A stretch of 64,000 nucleotides of DNA from Mobula hypostoma (lineage: Eukaryota), in contig NC_086097.1 in the NCBI RefSeq assembly GCF_963921235.1, positions 434,001 to 498,000 of the forward strand, given 5' to 3'. The notes beneath the pieces are model-generated. The model was given only the letters and a program-made list of their open reading frames with translations. It did not search any database and was not told the origin of the DNA. The translations under genes were made by a program, and so were the position numbers. Of the stretch, positions 38,101 through 51,234 are shown one piece after another; position 1 is the first letter of the stretch; the number at the start of each line of letters is the position of its first letter.

Positions 38101-41100
38101 ATAAGCTGGGACTGTTGTCTCTAAACCAAAGTATAATATTTCTTTATGGAGGTATATCCCTCTTGTGGATAAGGTAGATTGTCACAGACTTATCCCAGGG
38201 TAGGGAGTAGAACTAGACGCATGGATATGTGAACATAGAAAGATTTAAAGGGGACCTGCAGGTGATGGATATGTGGAACAAAGTGCCAGGGGAAGTGGTA
38301 GGGGTGGTTGTGTAAATAACCCTACAGGGCTGGTGGAAAAGGCAGAAACATTAGGGCCTTTTAAGATGCTCTTAGATAGGGATATTGAGGAACACATAGC
38401 AAGGAAGGGTTAGATTGATCTTAGAGTAGGTTAAAAGATCAGTGCACGATTGTGGACTGAAGGGCCTGTGCTGTTCTATGTTCTAAAGGACATTTATAGA
38501 CAATAGGTGCAAAAGTAGACCATTCAGCCCCTCGAGCCTGCACCGCCATTCTGAGATCATGGCTGATCATCTACTATCAATACCCGGTTCCTGCCTTGTC
38601 CCAATAACCCTTGATTCTCCTATCCATAAGATACCTATCTAGCTCCTTCTTGAAAGCATCCAGAGAATTGGCCTCCACTGCCTTCTGAGGCAGCACGTTC
38701 CACACCTCCACAACTCTCTGGGAGAAGAAGTTCCTCCTCAACTCTGTCCTAAATGACCTACCCCTTATTCTTAAACCATGCCCTCTGGTACTGGACTCTG
38801 CCAGCATCTGGAACATATTTCCTGCCTCTATCTTGTCCAATCCCTTAATAATCTTATATGTCTCAATCAGATCCCCCCCTCAATCTCCTTAATTCCAGCG
38901 TGTACAAGCCCAGTCTCTCTTAACCTCTCTGCGTAAGACAGAGGAACAAGGACAAGAAAGATTTAGAGCAGATTCTGGATTGGGTGTTGTGCAATGAACT
39001 GGAATGTGGCCTAATCAATGTTTTATCCAGTGGCAATATGGCTGTTCAGTTTTTGATGCATTAAGGGCCTGTACTCAGTGGAATTTAGAAGAATGCAGGG
39101 GGATCTCATTGAAACCTACAGAATGTTGAAAGGACTAGATAGTGTGGATGTGGAGAGGATGTTTCCTATGGTGGGGTATCCAGAACTAGAGGGCACAGTC
39201 TCAAACTTGAGGGGCGACCCTTTGGAACAGAGGGAAGAAGGAACTTTTTTTAGTCAGAGTGTAGTAAATCCGTGGAATGCTCTGCCACAGACTGCGGTGG
39301 AGGTCAAGTCTGTAGGTATATTTAAGGCGGCAGCTGATTGTTTCCTGATTGGTCAGGGCATCAAAGGGTATAGCAAGAAGCCAGGTGTATGGGGTTGAGT
39401 GGGATCTGGGATCAGCTATTGATGGAATGGCGGAGCATACACAATGGGCTGAGTGGTCTAATTCTGCTCCTATGTCGTATAGTCTTATGGAATTGATTCA
39501 CGAGCTTAAGGTAAAGGAACTCTTAGGGGCCAGTGATCATAATATGATAGAATTCACCCTGCAATTTGAGAAGGAGAGGCTAAAGTCAGATATGTCAGTA
39601 TTACAGAGGAGTAAAGGGAATTACAGAAGCATGAGAGAAGAGCTGGTCAAAATTGATTGGAAAAGAACATTGGCAGGGATGACAGCACAGCTGCGATGGC
39701 TGGAATTTCTGGAAGCAATTCGGAAGGCGCAGGATATATATATATATCCCAAAGAGGAAGAAGTATTCTAAAGGCAAAGTGACAAAACTGTGGGTAACGG
39801 GAAGTCAAAGCTAGCAAAAAAAAAAGCCAAAGAGAGGGCATATAACAGAACAAAAATTTGTGGGAAGTTAAAGGATTGGGAAATTTTTAAAACCAGCTAA
39901 AAAAAATGATTAAGAAGGAAAAGATAGAATACAAAGGCAAGCTAACCAATAATATTGAAGAGGATACCAAAAGTTTCTTCAGATACATGAAGTGTAAAAG
40001 AGAGGTGAGAGTAGATAGGGGACCGCTGGAAAATGATGCTGGAGAGGTAGAAATGGGGAACAAGGAAATGCGGGATGAGCTGAATAAGTATTTTTCATCA
40101 CTCGTCACTGTGAAAGACACTAACAGTATGCCAGAAGTTCGAGAGTGCAGGGGTCAGAAGTGTGTGAAGTTGCCATTATTAGGCAAAAGGTACTTGGGAA
40201 ACTAAAACGTCTGAAGCATAGAACCATAGAACACTACAGCACAGTACAGGCCCTTCAGTCCTCGATGTTGTGCCGACCCATATAATTCCTTAATAAAAAA
40301 AGTACTAAACCCACACTACCCTGTAACCCTCTATTTTTCTTTCATCCATGTGCCCGTCCAAGAGGCTCTTAAATACCCCTAATGTTTCAGCCTCCACCAC
40401 CATCCCTGGCAAGTTATTCCAGGCACCCACAACCCTCTGTGTAAAAAAAAACTTAGCCCGATGTCTCCCCTAAGCTTCCCTCCCTTAACTTTGTACATAT
40501 GCCCTCTGGTGTTTGCTATTTGTGCCCTGGGTACTGGCTATCCACCCTATCTATGCCTCTCATAATCTTGTAGACCTCTACCAAATCCCCTCTCATCCTT
40601 CTACACTCCAAAGAGAAAAGTCCTAGCTCTGCTAACCTTGCCTCATAAGACTTGTTTTCCAATCCCCGCAACATCCTGGTAAATCTCCTCTGCACCCTCT
40701 CCATAGCTTCCACATCCTTCCTATAATGAGGTGACCAGAATTGAACACAATAACTAAGTGTGGTCTCACCAGAGATTTGTAGAGTTGCAACATGATCTCT
40801 CTACTCTTGAACTCAATCCCCTATTAATGAAGCCTAGCATCCCATAGGCCTTTTAACTACCCTATCAACAGGTGCAGCGACCTTGAGGGATGTATGGATT
40901 TGAACCCCAAGGTCCCTTTGTTCATCCACACTCTTAAGTAACTGACCATTAACCCTGTACTCAGCCTTCTGGTTTGTCCTTCCAAAATGCATCACCTCAC
41001 ACTTATCCAGATTGAACTCCATCTGCCACTTTTCTGCCCAACTCTGCATCCTGTCTATATCCTCTTGTAACCTTCGACAACCTACAGCTCCATCCACAAC

Positions 41101-44100
41101 TCCTCCAATCTTTGTGTCATCTGCAAACTTACTCACCCATTCTTCCGCCTCTTCATCCAGGTCATTTATAAAAATGACAAATAGCAGGGGTCCCAGGACA
41201 GATCCCTGCAGCACTGACCTCCAGACAGAATACTTTCCTTCCACAACTACCCTCTGCTTTCTTCCCTTTAGCCAATTTCTTATCCAAACAGCCAAGGTTC
41301 CACTGATCCCATGCCTCGTGACTTTCTGGATGAGCCTCTCGTGAGGGACCTTGTCAAATGCCTTGCTAAAATCCATGTAGACCACATCTACTGCCATACT
41401 CTCATCAATTTTTTTTTGTTACCTCTTCAAAGAGCTCAGTTAGGCTCGTGAGGCATGATCTTCCCTTCACAAAGCCAAGTTGACTATCCTTGAGTAGACT
41501 GTACTTCTCCAAATGCTCGTAGATCCTTTCCAATAGTTTGCAGACCACCAACGTAAGACTCACCAGTCTATAGTTCCCAGGTTTCTCCCTATTACCTTTT
41601 TTAACAAAGGAACTACATTTGCCATTCTCCAATCCTCCGGCACCTCCCCTGCAGCCGAAGAGGATTCAAAGATCATAGCTACTGCTCCGGCGATCTCTTC
41701 TCTCACTTCCCACAGCAACCTGGGCTATATCATGTCCGGCCCTGGGGATTTATCAATCTTGATGTTTTTAAGAAGATCCAACACTTCTTCCTTAATCCCC
41801 ACATTGTCCAGCACACGGGCCTGTTCTATTTCGACCTCACCCTGATCAAGGTCCTTTTCACTTGTGAATACTGAAGCAAAGTATTCATTTAGGACTTCCC
41901 CAACCTGCTCTGCTTGAAGGTAGATAAGTCACCTGGACGAGATGGCTTACAGCCCAGGGTTCTGAAAGAGGTGGCTCAAGAGATTGTGGAGGCATCAGTA
42001 AGGATCCTTCACGAATGAATAGATTCTGGCATGGTTCCAGATGAATGGAAGATTGCAAATGTCACTCCATTCTTCAGGGGAGAGAAGCAGAAAAAGGAAA
42101 TTATAGGCCAGTTAATCTGACCTCGGTGGTTGGGAAGATGTTGGAGTCACTTGTTAAGGATTTGGTTTTGGCTTACTTGGAAACATGTGACAAAATTGGC
42201 TGTAGTCAGCATGGTTTCCTGAAGGGAATATCTTGCCTGACAAATCTTCGAATTATTTGAAGAAATAACAAGCGGGATAGACAAGGGAGAATCGGTGAAT
42301 GTTGTGTGCTTGGATTTCAGAAGGCCTTTGACAAGGTACCACACACGAGGGTGCTTAACGAGTTAAGAACCCATTGTATTAACTTTCATGGATAAAGCAG
42401 TGGCTAATTGCCAGGAGGCAGAGTGGGGATAAGGGAGCCTTTTCTGGTTGACTGCTGCTGACTAGTGGTGTTCCACAAGGGTCTGTGTTGGGATTAGAAA
42501 CATAGAAAATAGGTGCAGGAGTAGGCCTTTCGGCCCTTCGAGCCTGCACTGCCATTCATTACGATCATGGCTGATCATCCAACTCAGAACCCTATACCTG
42601 CCTTCTCTCCATACCCCCTGATCCCTTTAGCCACAAGGGCCTTATCTAACTCCCTCTTAAATATAGCCAATGAACTGGCCTCAAGTGTCTCCTGTGGCAG
42701 AGAATTCCACAGATTCACCACTCTCTGTGTGAAGAAGTTTTTCCTCATCTCAGTCCTAAAAGGCTTCCCTTTTATCCTCAAACTGTGACCCCTCGTTCTG
42801 GACTTCCCCAACATCGGGAACAATCTTCCTGCATCTAGCCTGTCCAATCCCTTTAGAATTTTATACGTTTCAATCAGATCCCCCCTCAATCTTCTAAATT
42901 CCAGAGAGTATAAGCCTGGTCGATCCAGTCTTTCATCATATGAAAGTCCTGCCATCCCAGGAATCAATCTGGTGAACCTTCTTTGTACCCCCTCTATGGC
43001 AAGAATGTCTTTCCTCAGATTAGGGGACCAAAACTGCACACAATACTTTATGTGTGGTCTCACCAAGGCCTTGTACAACTGCAGTAGAACCTCCCTGCTC
43101 CTGTACTCGAATCCTCTTGCTATGAATGCCAGCATACCATTCGCCTTTTTCACCGCCTGCTGAACCTGCATGCCCACTTTCAATGACTGGTGGACAACGA
43201 CACCCAGGTCTCGTTGCACCTCCCCTTTTCCTAATTGGCCACCACTCAGATAATAATCTGTTTTCCTGTTCTTGCTACCAAAATGGATAACCTCACATTT
43301 ATCCACATTAAATTGCATCTGCCATGAATTTGCCCACTCACCTAACCTATCCAAGTCACCAAATGCCAGCATACCATTTGCCTTTTTCACCGCCTGCTGT
43401 ACCTGCATGCCCACTTTCAATGACTGGTGTACAATGACACCCAGGTCTCGTTGCACCTCCCCTTTTCCTAATTGGCCACCATTCAGATAATAATCTGTTT
43501 TCCTGTTCTTGCCACCAAAATGGATAACCTCACATTTATCCACATTAAATTGCATCTGCCATGAATTTGCCCACTCACCTAACCTATCCAAGTCACCCTG
43601 CATCCTCCTCACAGCTAACACTGCCGCCCAGCTTCGTGTCATCCGCAAACTTGGAGATGCTGCATTTAATTCCCTTGTCTAAGTCATTAATATACATTGT
43701 AAACAACTGGGGTTCCAGCACTGAGCCTTGCCGTACCCCAAGGATTGTTCCTCTTTACATTATATCTCAATGACTTGGATGATGGAATTGATCTTTTCCT
43801 TCCAAATGACCTTATTCATTTCCTTCCACATGTTTTTAAAAGCTCCCCAATCCTCTATCTTCCCACTAGCTCTGGCTTCCTTGTATGCCCGCTCCTTTGC
43901 TTTTACTTTGACTCTGACTTCACTTGTCAGCCACGGTAGTGTCCTTCTTCCATTTGAAAATTTCTTCTTATTTGGAATATATCTGTCTTGCACTTCCCTC
44001 TTTTTTCGCAGAAACTCCGGCCATTGCTGCTCTGCTGTCCTTCCTGCAAATGTCCCTTTCCAGTCAACTTTAGCCAGTTCTGCTCTCATGCCATTGAAAT

Positions 44101-47045
44101 TTCCTTTATTCCACTGAAATATTGACACATTGGATTTTATTTTCTCCCTTGCAAATTTCAATGTGAACTCGATCATATTGTGATCAATGTTCCCTCAGGG
44201 TTCCTTGACCTTAAGCTCTCTTGACACCTCCGGATCATTGCACAACACCCAATCCAGTACAGCCGATCCCCCGGTGGGCTCAGCAACAAGCTGTTCTAAA
44301 AAGCCATCCCTTAGACATTCTACAAATTCTCTCTCTTGAGGTCCAGTACTGACTTGGTTTCTCCAATCCACCTTCATGTTAAAATCCCCAACGATTGTCA
44401 TGACATTTCCTTTCTAACAGGCCTTTTCTATGTCCTGCTGTAATTTGTATTCCACATCCCGGCTGCTGTTTGGAGGCCTGTATACAACTGCCATTAGGGT
44501 CATTTTACTCTTGCCATTTCTTAACTCAGCTCATAGAAACTCTACAACTTCCAATCCTATGTCATCTCTTTCCAACTATTTAAAATTATTTCTTATACAC
44601 AGAGCCACACCACCCACTCTGCCTACTAACCTACCTTTCCGATATACCATCTGTCCTTGGACATTCAGCTCCCAATGGCAGCTATCGTTTAGCCAAGTTA
44701 CAGAGATTGCCACCACGTCACGTTTGCCAATCTGTAGCTGAATTTCAAGATCGTCCATTTTATTCCTTATGCCGCGTCCATTCAAATACAACTCTCAGTC
44801 CAGTATTTGTTGCTTTCTGTTTTAACTGCACCATTGATTATGGGGAGCAAGGACATGGCAGACCAATTGAATAATTACTTTGGTTCTGTCTTCACTAAGG
44901 AGGACATAAATAATCTTCCAGAAATAGTAAGGGACAGAGGGTCCAGTGAGATGGAGGAACTGAGTGAAATACATGTTAGTAGGGAAGTGGTGTTAGGTAA
45001 ATTGAAGGGATTGAAGGCAGATAAATCCCCAGGGCCAGATGGTCTGCATCCTAGAGTGCTTAAGGAAGTAGCCCAAGAACTAGTGGATGCATTAGTGATA
45101 ATTTTTCAAAACTCGTTAGATTCTGGACTAGTTCCTGAGAATTGGAGGGTGGCTAATGTAACCCCAATTTTTAAAAAAGGAGGGAGAGAGAAACCGGGGA
45201 ATTATAGACCGGTTAGCCTAACGTCGGTGGTGGGGAAACTGCTGGAGTCAGTTATCAAGGATGTGATAACAGCACATTTGGAAAGCGGAGAAATGATCGG
45301 ACAAAGTCAGCATGGATTTGTGAAAGGAAAATCATGTCTGACGAATCTCATAGAATTTTTTGAGGATGTAACTAGTAGAGTGGATAGGGGAGAACCAGTG
45401 GATGTGGTATATTTGGATTTTCAAAAGGCTTTTGACAAGGTCCCACACAGGAGATTAGTGTGCAAACTTAAAGCACACGGTATTGGGGGTAAGGTATTGG
45501 TGTGGGTGGAGAATTGGTTAGCAGACAGGAAGCAAAGAGTGGGAATAAACGGGACCTTTTCAGAATGGCAGGCGGTGACTAGTGGGGTACCGCAAGGCTC
45601 AGTGCTGGGACCCCAGTTGTTTACAATATATATTAATGACTTGGATGAGGGAATTAAATGCAGCATCTCCAAGTTTGCGGATGACACGAAGCTGGGCGGC
45701 AGTGTTAGCTGTGAGGAGGATGCTAAGAGGATGCAGGGTGACTTGGATAGGTTGGGTGAGTGGGCAAACTCATGGCAGATGCAATTTAATGTGGATAAAT
45801 GTGAAGTTATCCACTTTGGTGGCAAAAATAGGAAAACAGATTATTATCTGAATGGTGGCCGATTAGGAAAAGGGGAGGTGCAACGAGACCTGGGTGTCAT
45901 TATACACCAGTCATTGAAAGTGGGCATGCAGGTACAGCAGGCGGTGAAAAAGGCGAATGGTATGCTGGCATTTATAGCGAGAGGATTCGAGTACAGGAGC
46001 AGGGAGGTACTACTGCAGTTGTACAAGGCCTTGGTGAGACCACACCTGGAGTATTGTGTGCAGTTTTGGTCCCCTAATCTGAGGAAAGACATCTTTGCCA
46101 TAGAGGGAGTACAAAGAAGGTTCACCAGATTGATTCCTGGGATGGCAGGACTTTCATATGAAGAAAGACTGGATGAACTGGGCTTGTACTCATTGGAATT
46201 TAGAAGATTGAGGGGGGATCTGATTGAAACATATTAAGATCCTAAAGGGATTGGACAGGCTAGATGCAGGAAGATTGTTCCCGATGTTGGGGAAGTCCAG
46301 AACGAGGGGTCACAGTTTGAGGATAGAGGGGAAGCCTTTTAGGACCGAGATTAGGAAAAACTTCTTCACACAGAGAGTGGTGAATCTGTGGAATTCTCTG
46401 CCACAGCAAACTGTTGAGGCCAGTTCATTGGCTATGTTTAAGAGGGAGTTAGATATGGCCCTTGTGGCTACAGGGGTCAGGGGGTATGGAGGGAAGGCTG
46501 GGGCGGGGTTCTGAGTTGGATGATCAGCCATGATCATAATAAAGGGCGGTGCAGGCTCAAAGGGCCGAATGGCCTACTCCTGCACCTATTTTCTATGTTT
46601 CTATGTCTATACCTCTATTGCCCTCTAACTCATGCCACTGGCTTTGATTAAGCCTCATCTCCTGTCTGTTCTTTCTATAATCTCTGTTGCACGCTATCTT
46701 GCTTTATTACTGTTTTCCCTTCCTCAGCCCTATCACTCCAGTTCCCATCCCCCTGCCAAATTAGTTTAAACCCTCCCTAACAGCTCTATTAAATGTACCC
46801 GCTAGGATATTGGACCCCTTTGGGTTCAGGTGTAACCTGTCCATTTTGTACAGGTTGGACCTCCCCCAGAAGAGGCCTCAATGATCCAGGAATCTGAAGC
46901 CCTGCCCCCTACACCAGTCTCTCAGCCACACATTAATATGCCTGTTCATGCTATTCTTGCACTCGTTAGAGTGGCACAGGCAGCAATCCTGAGATTACTA
47001 CCCTAGAGGTCCTGCCTTTCAGCTTCCTACCTAACTCCCTGAACA
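38101..47045. mobile_element. Stack of CR1 fragments, including young copies at 42496-43741 (-) and 44832-46605 (+)
   Basis: Open 476-aa RT frame at 44807-46237 with FADD. GGATT TSD around the 42496-43741 copy. Confidence 0.88.
43124..43597. repeat. 237-bp tandem duplication inside a CR1 RT
   Basis: Units 43124-43360 and 43361-43597. The 79-aa block GDLDRLGEW...NGMLAF appears twice in ORF 42584-43648. Confidence 0.92.
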
Positions 47046-47143
47046 CTGTCACGAGGAAATCTGCAGATGCTGGAATTTGAAGCAACACACATCAAATCTG
47101 CTGGTGAACGCAGCAGGCCAGGCAGCATCTCTAGGAAAAGGTA

Positions 47144-47186
47144 CAGTCGACGTTTCGGGCTGAGACCCTTCATCAGGACTAACTGA
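47144..47186 (-). ncRNA. Minimal type I hammerhead ribozyme in the PLE terminus
   Basis: Minus strand reads agtc CTGATGA agggtctcagccc GAAAC GTC gact. Conserved core intact. Confidence 0.8.
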
Positions 47187-49488
47187 AGGAAGAGCTAGTA
47201 AGAGATTTGAAAGTGGGAGGGGGAGGGGGAGATCCAAAATGATAAGACCATAAGACAAAAGAGCAGAAGTAGGCCATTCGGCCCATCGAGTCTGTTCCGC
47301 CATTTTATCATGAGCTGATCCATTCTCCTATTTAGTCCCACTCCCCCACCTTCTCACCATAACCTTTGATGCCCTGGCTACTCAGATACCTATCAATCTC
47401 TGCCTTAAATACACCCAAAGACTTGGCCTCCACTGCTGCCCATGGCAATAAATTCCATAGGTTCACCACCCTCTGACTAAAAAAATTTCTTTGCATTTCT
47501 GTCCTGAAAGGGCGCCTTTCAATCCTTAAGTCATGCCCTCTCGTACTAGACTCCCCCATCATGGGAAACAACTTTGCCACATCCACTCTGTCTATGCCTT
47601 TTAACATTCGAAATGTTTCTATGAGGTCTCCCCTCATTCTTCTAAACTCCAAGGAATATAGTCCAAGAGCGGACAAACGTTCCTCATATGTTAACCCTTT
47701 CATTCCCGGAATCATTCCAGTGAATCTTCTCTGTACACTCTCCAACGTCAGCACATCCTTTCTTAAATAAGGAGACCAAAACTGCCCACAGTCCATGATA
47801 GGAGAAGACAAGAGGGGGAGGGATGGAGCCAAGAGCTGGACAGGTGATTGGCAAAAGGGATATGAGAGGATCATGGGACAGGAGACCCAGGGAGAAGGAA
47901 AAGGGGGAGGGGGGAAAACTCAGAGGATGGGCAAGGGGTATAGTGAGGGGGACAGAGGGAGAAAAAGAATGCGTATATAAATAAATAACAGATGGAGTAC
48001 GAGGGGGAGGTGGGGCATTAGTGGAAGTTTGAGAAGTCAATGTTCATGCCATCAGGTTGCAGGCTACCCAGACGGAATATAAGGTGTTGTTCCTCCAACC
48101 TGAGTGTGGCTTCATCTTGACAGTAGAGGAGGCCGTGGATAGACATATCAGAATGGGAATGGGACGTGGAATTAAAATGTGTGGCCACTGGAAGATCCTG
48201 CTTTCGCTGGCAGACAGAGCCACACATTTTAATTCCACGTCCCACCCTAACCCTTTCTAGATCTTTCTGTCTCTATCTCTGGAGGCAGCTTATCTACTGA
48301 TGTCTACTATAAGCCTACTGAGTCTCACAGCTATCTGGACTACTCCTCTTCTCACCCTGCCTCTTGCAAAAATACCATCCCCTTCTCACAACTCCTCCGT
48401 CTCCGCTGCATCTGCTCTCAGGCTGAGGCTTTTCATTCCAGGACGAAGGAGATGTCCTTCTTTAAAGAAAGGGGCTTCCCTTCCTCCACCATCAACTCTG
48501 CTCTCAAACACAACTCCCCCATTTCACGCACATCTGCTCTCACTCCATCCTCCCACCACCCCACTAGGAATATGTTTCCCCTGGTCCTCACCTACCACCC
48601 CACCAGCCTCCAGGTCCAACATATAATTCTCCGTAACTTCCACCACCTCCAACGGGATCCCACCACTAAGCACATCTTTCCCTCCCCCCCCCCCCGCTTT
48701 CCGCAGGGATCTCTCCCTACGCAACTCCCTTGTCCATTCGTCCCCCCACCATCCCTCCCCACGGATCTCCCTCCTGGCACTTATCCTTGTAAGCGGAACA
48801 AGTGCTACACATGCCCTTACACTTACACTTCCTTCCTCACCACCATACAGGGCCCCAGACAGTCCTTCCAGGTGAGGCGACACTTCACCTGTGAGTCAGC
48901 TGGGGTGATATACTGCGTCCGGTGCTCCCGATGTGGCCTTTTATATATTGGTGAGACCCGACGCAGAATGGGAAATCATTTCGCTGAACACCTACGCTCT
49001 GTCCGCTAGAGAAAGCAAGATCTCCCAGTGGCCACACATTTTAATTTCCACGTCCCATTCCCATTCTGATATGTCTATCCACGGCCTCCTCTACTATAAA
49101 GATGAAGCCACACTCAGGTTGGAGGAACAACACCTTATATTGCGTCTGGGTAGCCTCCAACCTGATGGCATGAACATTGACTTATCAAACTTCTGCCAAT
49201 GCCCCACCTCCCCCTCGTACCCCATCCATTATTTATATATACACACAGACTTTTTCTCTCTCTCCTTTTTCTCCCTCTGTCCCTCTGACTCTACCCCTTG
49301 CCCATCCTCTGGGTTTTTACTCCCTCCCCCTTTTCTTTCTCCCTGGGCCTCCTGTCCCCTGATCCTCTCATATCCCTTTTGCCAATCACCTGTTCAGCTC
49401 TTGGCTCCATCCCTCCCCCTCCTGTCTTCTATTATTTTGGATCTCCCCCTCCCCCTCCCACATTCAAATCTCTTACTAGCTCTTCTTT

Positions 49489-49530
49489 CAGTTAGTCCTG
49501 ACGAAGGGTCTCGGCCCGAAACGTCGACTG
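49489..49530 (+). ncRNA. Minimal type I hammerhead ribozyme in the PLE terminus
   Basis: agtc CTGACGA (49498-49504) agggtctcggccc GAAAC (49518-49522) GTC gact. Confidence 0.82.
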
Positions 49531-49624
49531 TACCTCTTCCTAGAGATGCCTGGCCTGCTGCGTTCACCAGCAACTTTTATGTGTGTTGCTTGAAATTCCA
49601 GCATCTGTAGAATTCCTCGTGTTT

Positions 49625-51112
49625 GAGGAAGTGGAGAGATGGGTTAGTAAATTTGCTGATGACACAAAGGTTGGGGTGTTGGGGATAGTGTGGAGGGCTG
49701 TCAGAGGTTACAACGGGATATTGATAGGATGCAAAAATGGGCTGAGAAGTAGCAGATGGAGTTCAACCCAGATAAGTGTGAGGTGGTTCATACTGGTAGG
49801 TCAAATATGAAGGCAGAATACAACATCAATGGTAAGACACTTGGCAGTGTGGAGGATCAGAAGGATCTTGGGGTCCAAGTCCATAGGACACTCAAGGCTG
49901 CTGCGCAGGTTGACTCTGTGGTTAAGAAGGCGTACGGTGCATTGGCCTTCATCAATCGTGGGATTGAGTTTAAGAGCCGAGAGGTAATGTTGCAGCTACA
50001 TAGGATGCTGGTCAGATGCCACTTGGAGTACTGTGCTCAGTTCTGGTCACCTCACTACAGGAAGGATGTGGAAACTATAGAAAGGGTGCAGAGGAGATTT
50101 ACAAGTATGTTGCCCGGATTGGGGAGCATGCCTTATGAGGATAGGTTGAGTGAACTCGGCCTTTTCTCCTTGGAGCGACGGAGGATGAGGGGTGACCTGA
50201 TAGAGGTGTATAAGATATTGAGGCATTGATTGTGTGGATAGTCGGAGGCTTTTTCCCAGGGCTGAAATGGCTAGCATGAGAGGGCATAGTTTTCAGCTGC
50301 TTGGAAGCAGGTACAGAGGAGATGTCGGGTAAGTATTTTTACACAGAGAGTGGTGAGTGCATGGAATGGGCTGCCGGCAGCGGTGGTGGATGCAGAAACG
50401 ATAGGGTCTTTTAAGAGTCTCCTGGATAGTTACATGGAGCTTCAAAAAATAGAGGGCTATGGGTAAGCCTAGGTAGTTCTAAGGTCAGGACATGTTCAGC
50501 ACAGCTTGTGGGCCAATCGGCCTGTATTGTGCTGTAGGTTTTCTATGTTTCTACCTGTCCAGGAGTTGCTTAAAAGACCCTATTGTATCCAGCTCTACCA
50601 CCGTCGCCAGCAGCCCACTCCCTGACATCTCTCTTGTACCTACTTCCAAGCACCTTAAAATTGTGTCCTCTTGTGCTAGCCATTTCAGCCCTGGGAAAAA
50701 GCCTCTGACTATCCACACGATCAATGCCTCTCATTACCTTATACACCTTTATTAGGTCACCTCTCATCCTCCATCGCTCCAAGGAGAAAAAGCCAATTTC
50801 ACTCAACCTATTCTCATAAGGCATGCTCCCCAATCCAGGCGACATCCTTGTAAATATCCTCTGCATCCTTTCTATAGTTTCCACATCCTTCCAGTAGTGA
50901 GGCAACCAGAACTGAGCACAGCACTCCAAGTAGGGTGTGACCAGCGTCCTATATAGCTGTAACATTACCTCTCAGCTCCTGAACATAACCCCACGGTTGA
51001 TGAAGGCCAATGCACCATATGCCCTCTTAACCACACAGTCAACCTGCGCAGCAGCCTTGAATGTCCTATGGACTCGGATCCCAAGATCCCTCTGATCCTC
51101 CACACTGCCAAG
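49625..51112. mobile_element. Two convergent CR1 3' fragments
   Basis: RT tails at 49756-50229 (+) and 50570-50965 (-). Confidence 0.85.
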
Positions 51113-51234
51113 AAAATAAATGTTCTGCGAATAAATGTTCCAGCTATGGCAGGTTCCACCTGGCGCTTGGGATAGTGTCCACCCCAAGTGGGGCGCAGGA
51201 ATGCGAGACGTGGGCGGAGCGGATCTCTCTGTTA

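Larger units (their letters stand above)
47049..49624 (+). mobile_element. Penelope-like element with inverted arms; CR1 inserted at about 47244-47795
   Basis: GIY-YIG peptide in ORF 48452-49009. Inversion junction at about 48218-48252. ATGATA duplicated around the nested CR1. Confidence 0.9.

Noticed and set aside
44807..46237. 476-aa RT ORF as an active or domesticated gene
   Set aside because: It is a 5'-truncated CR1 with no endonuclease, its start is borrowed from antisense flanking CR1, and it frameshifts near 46230.
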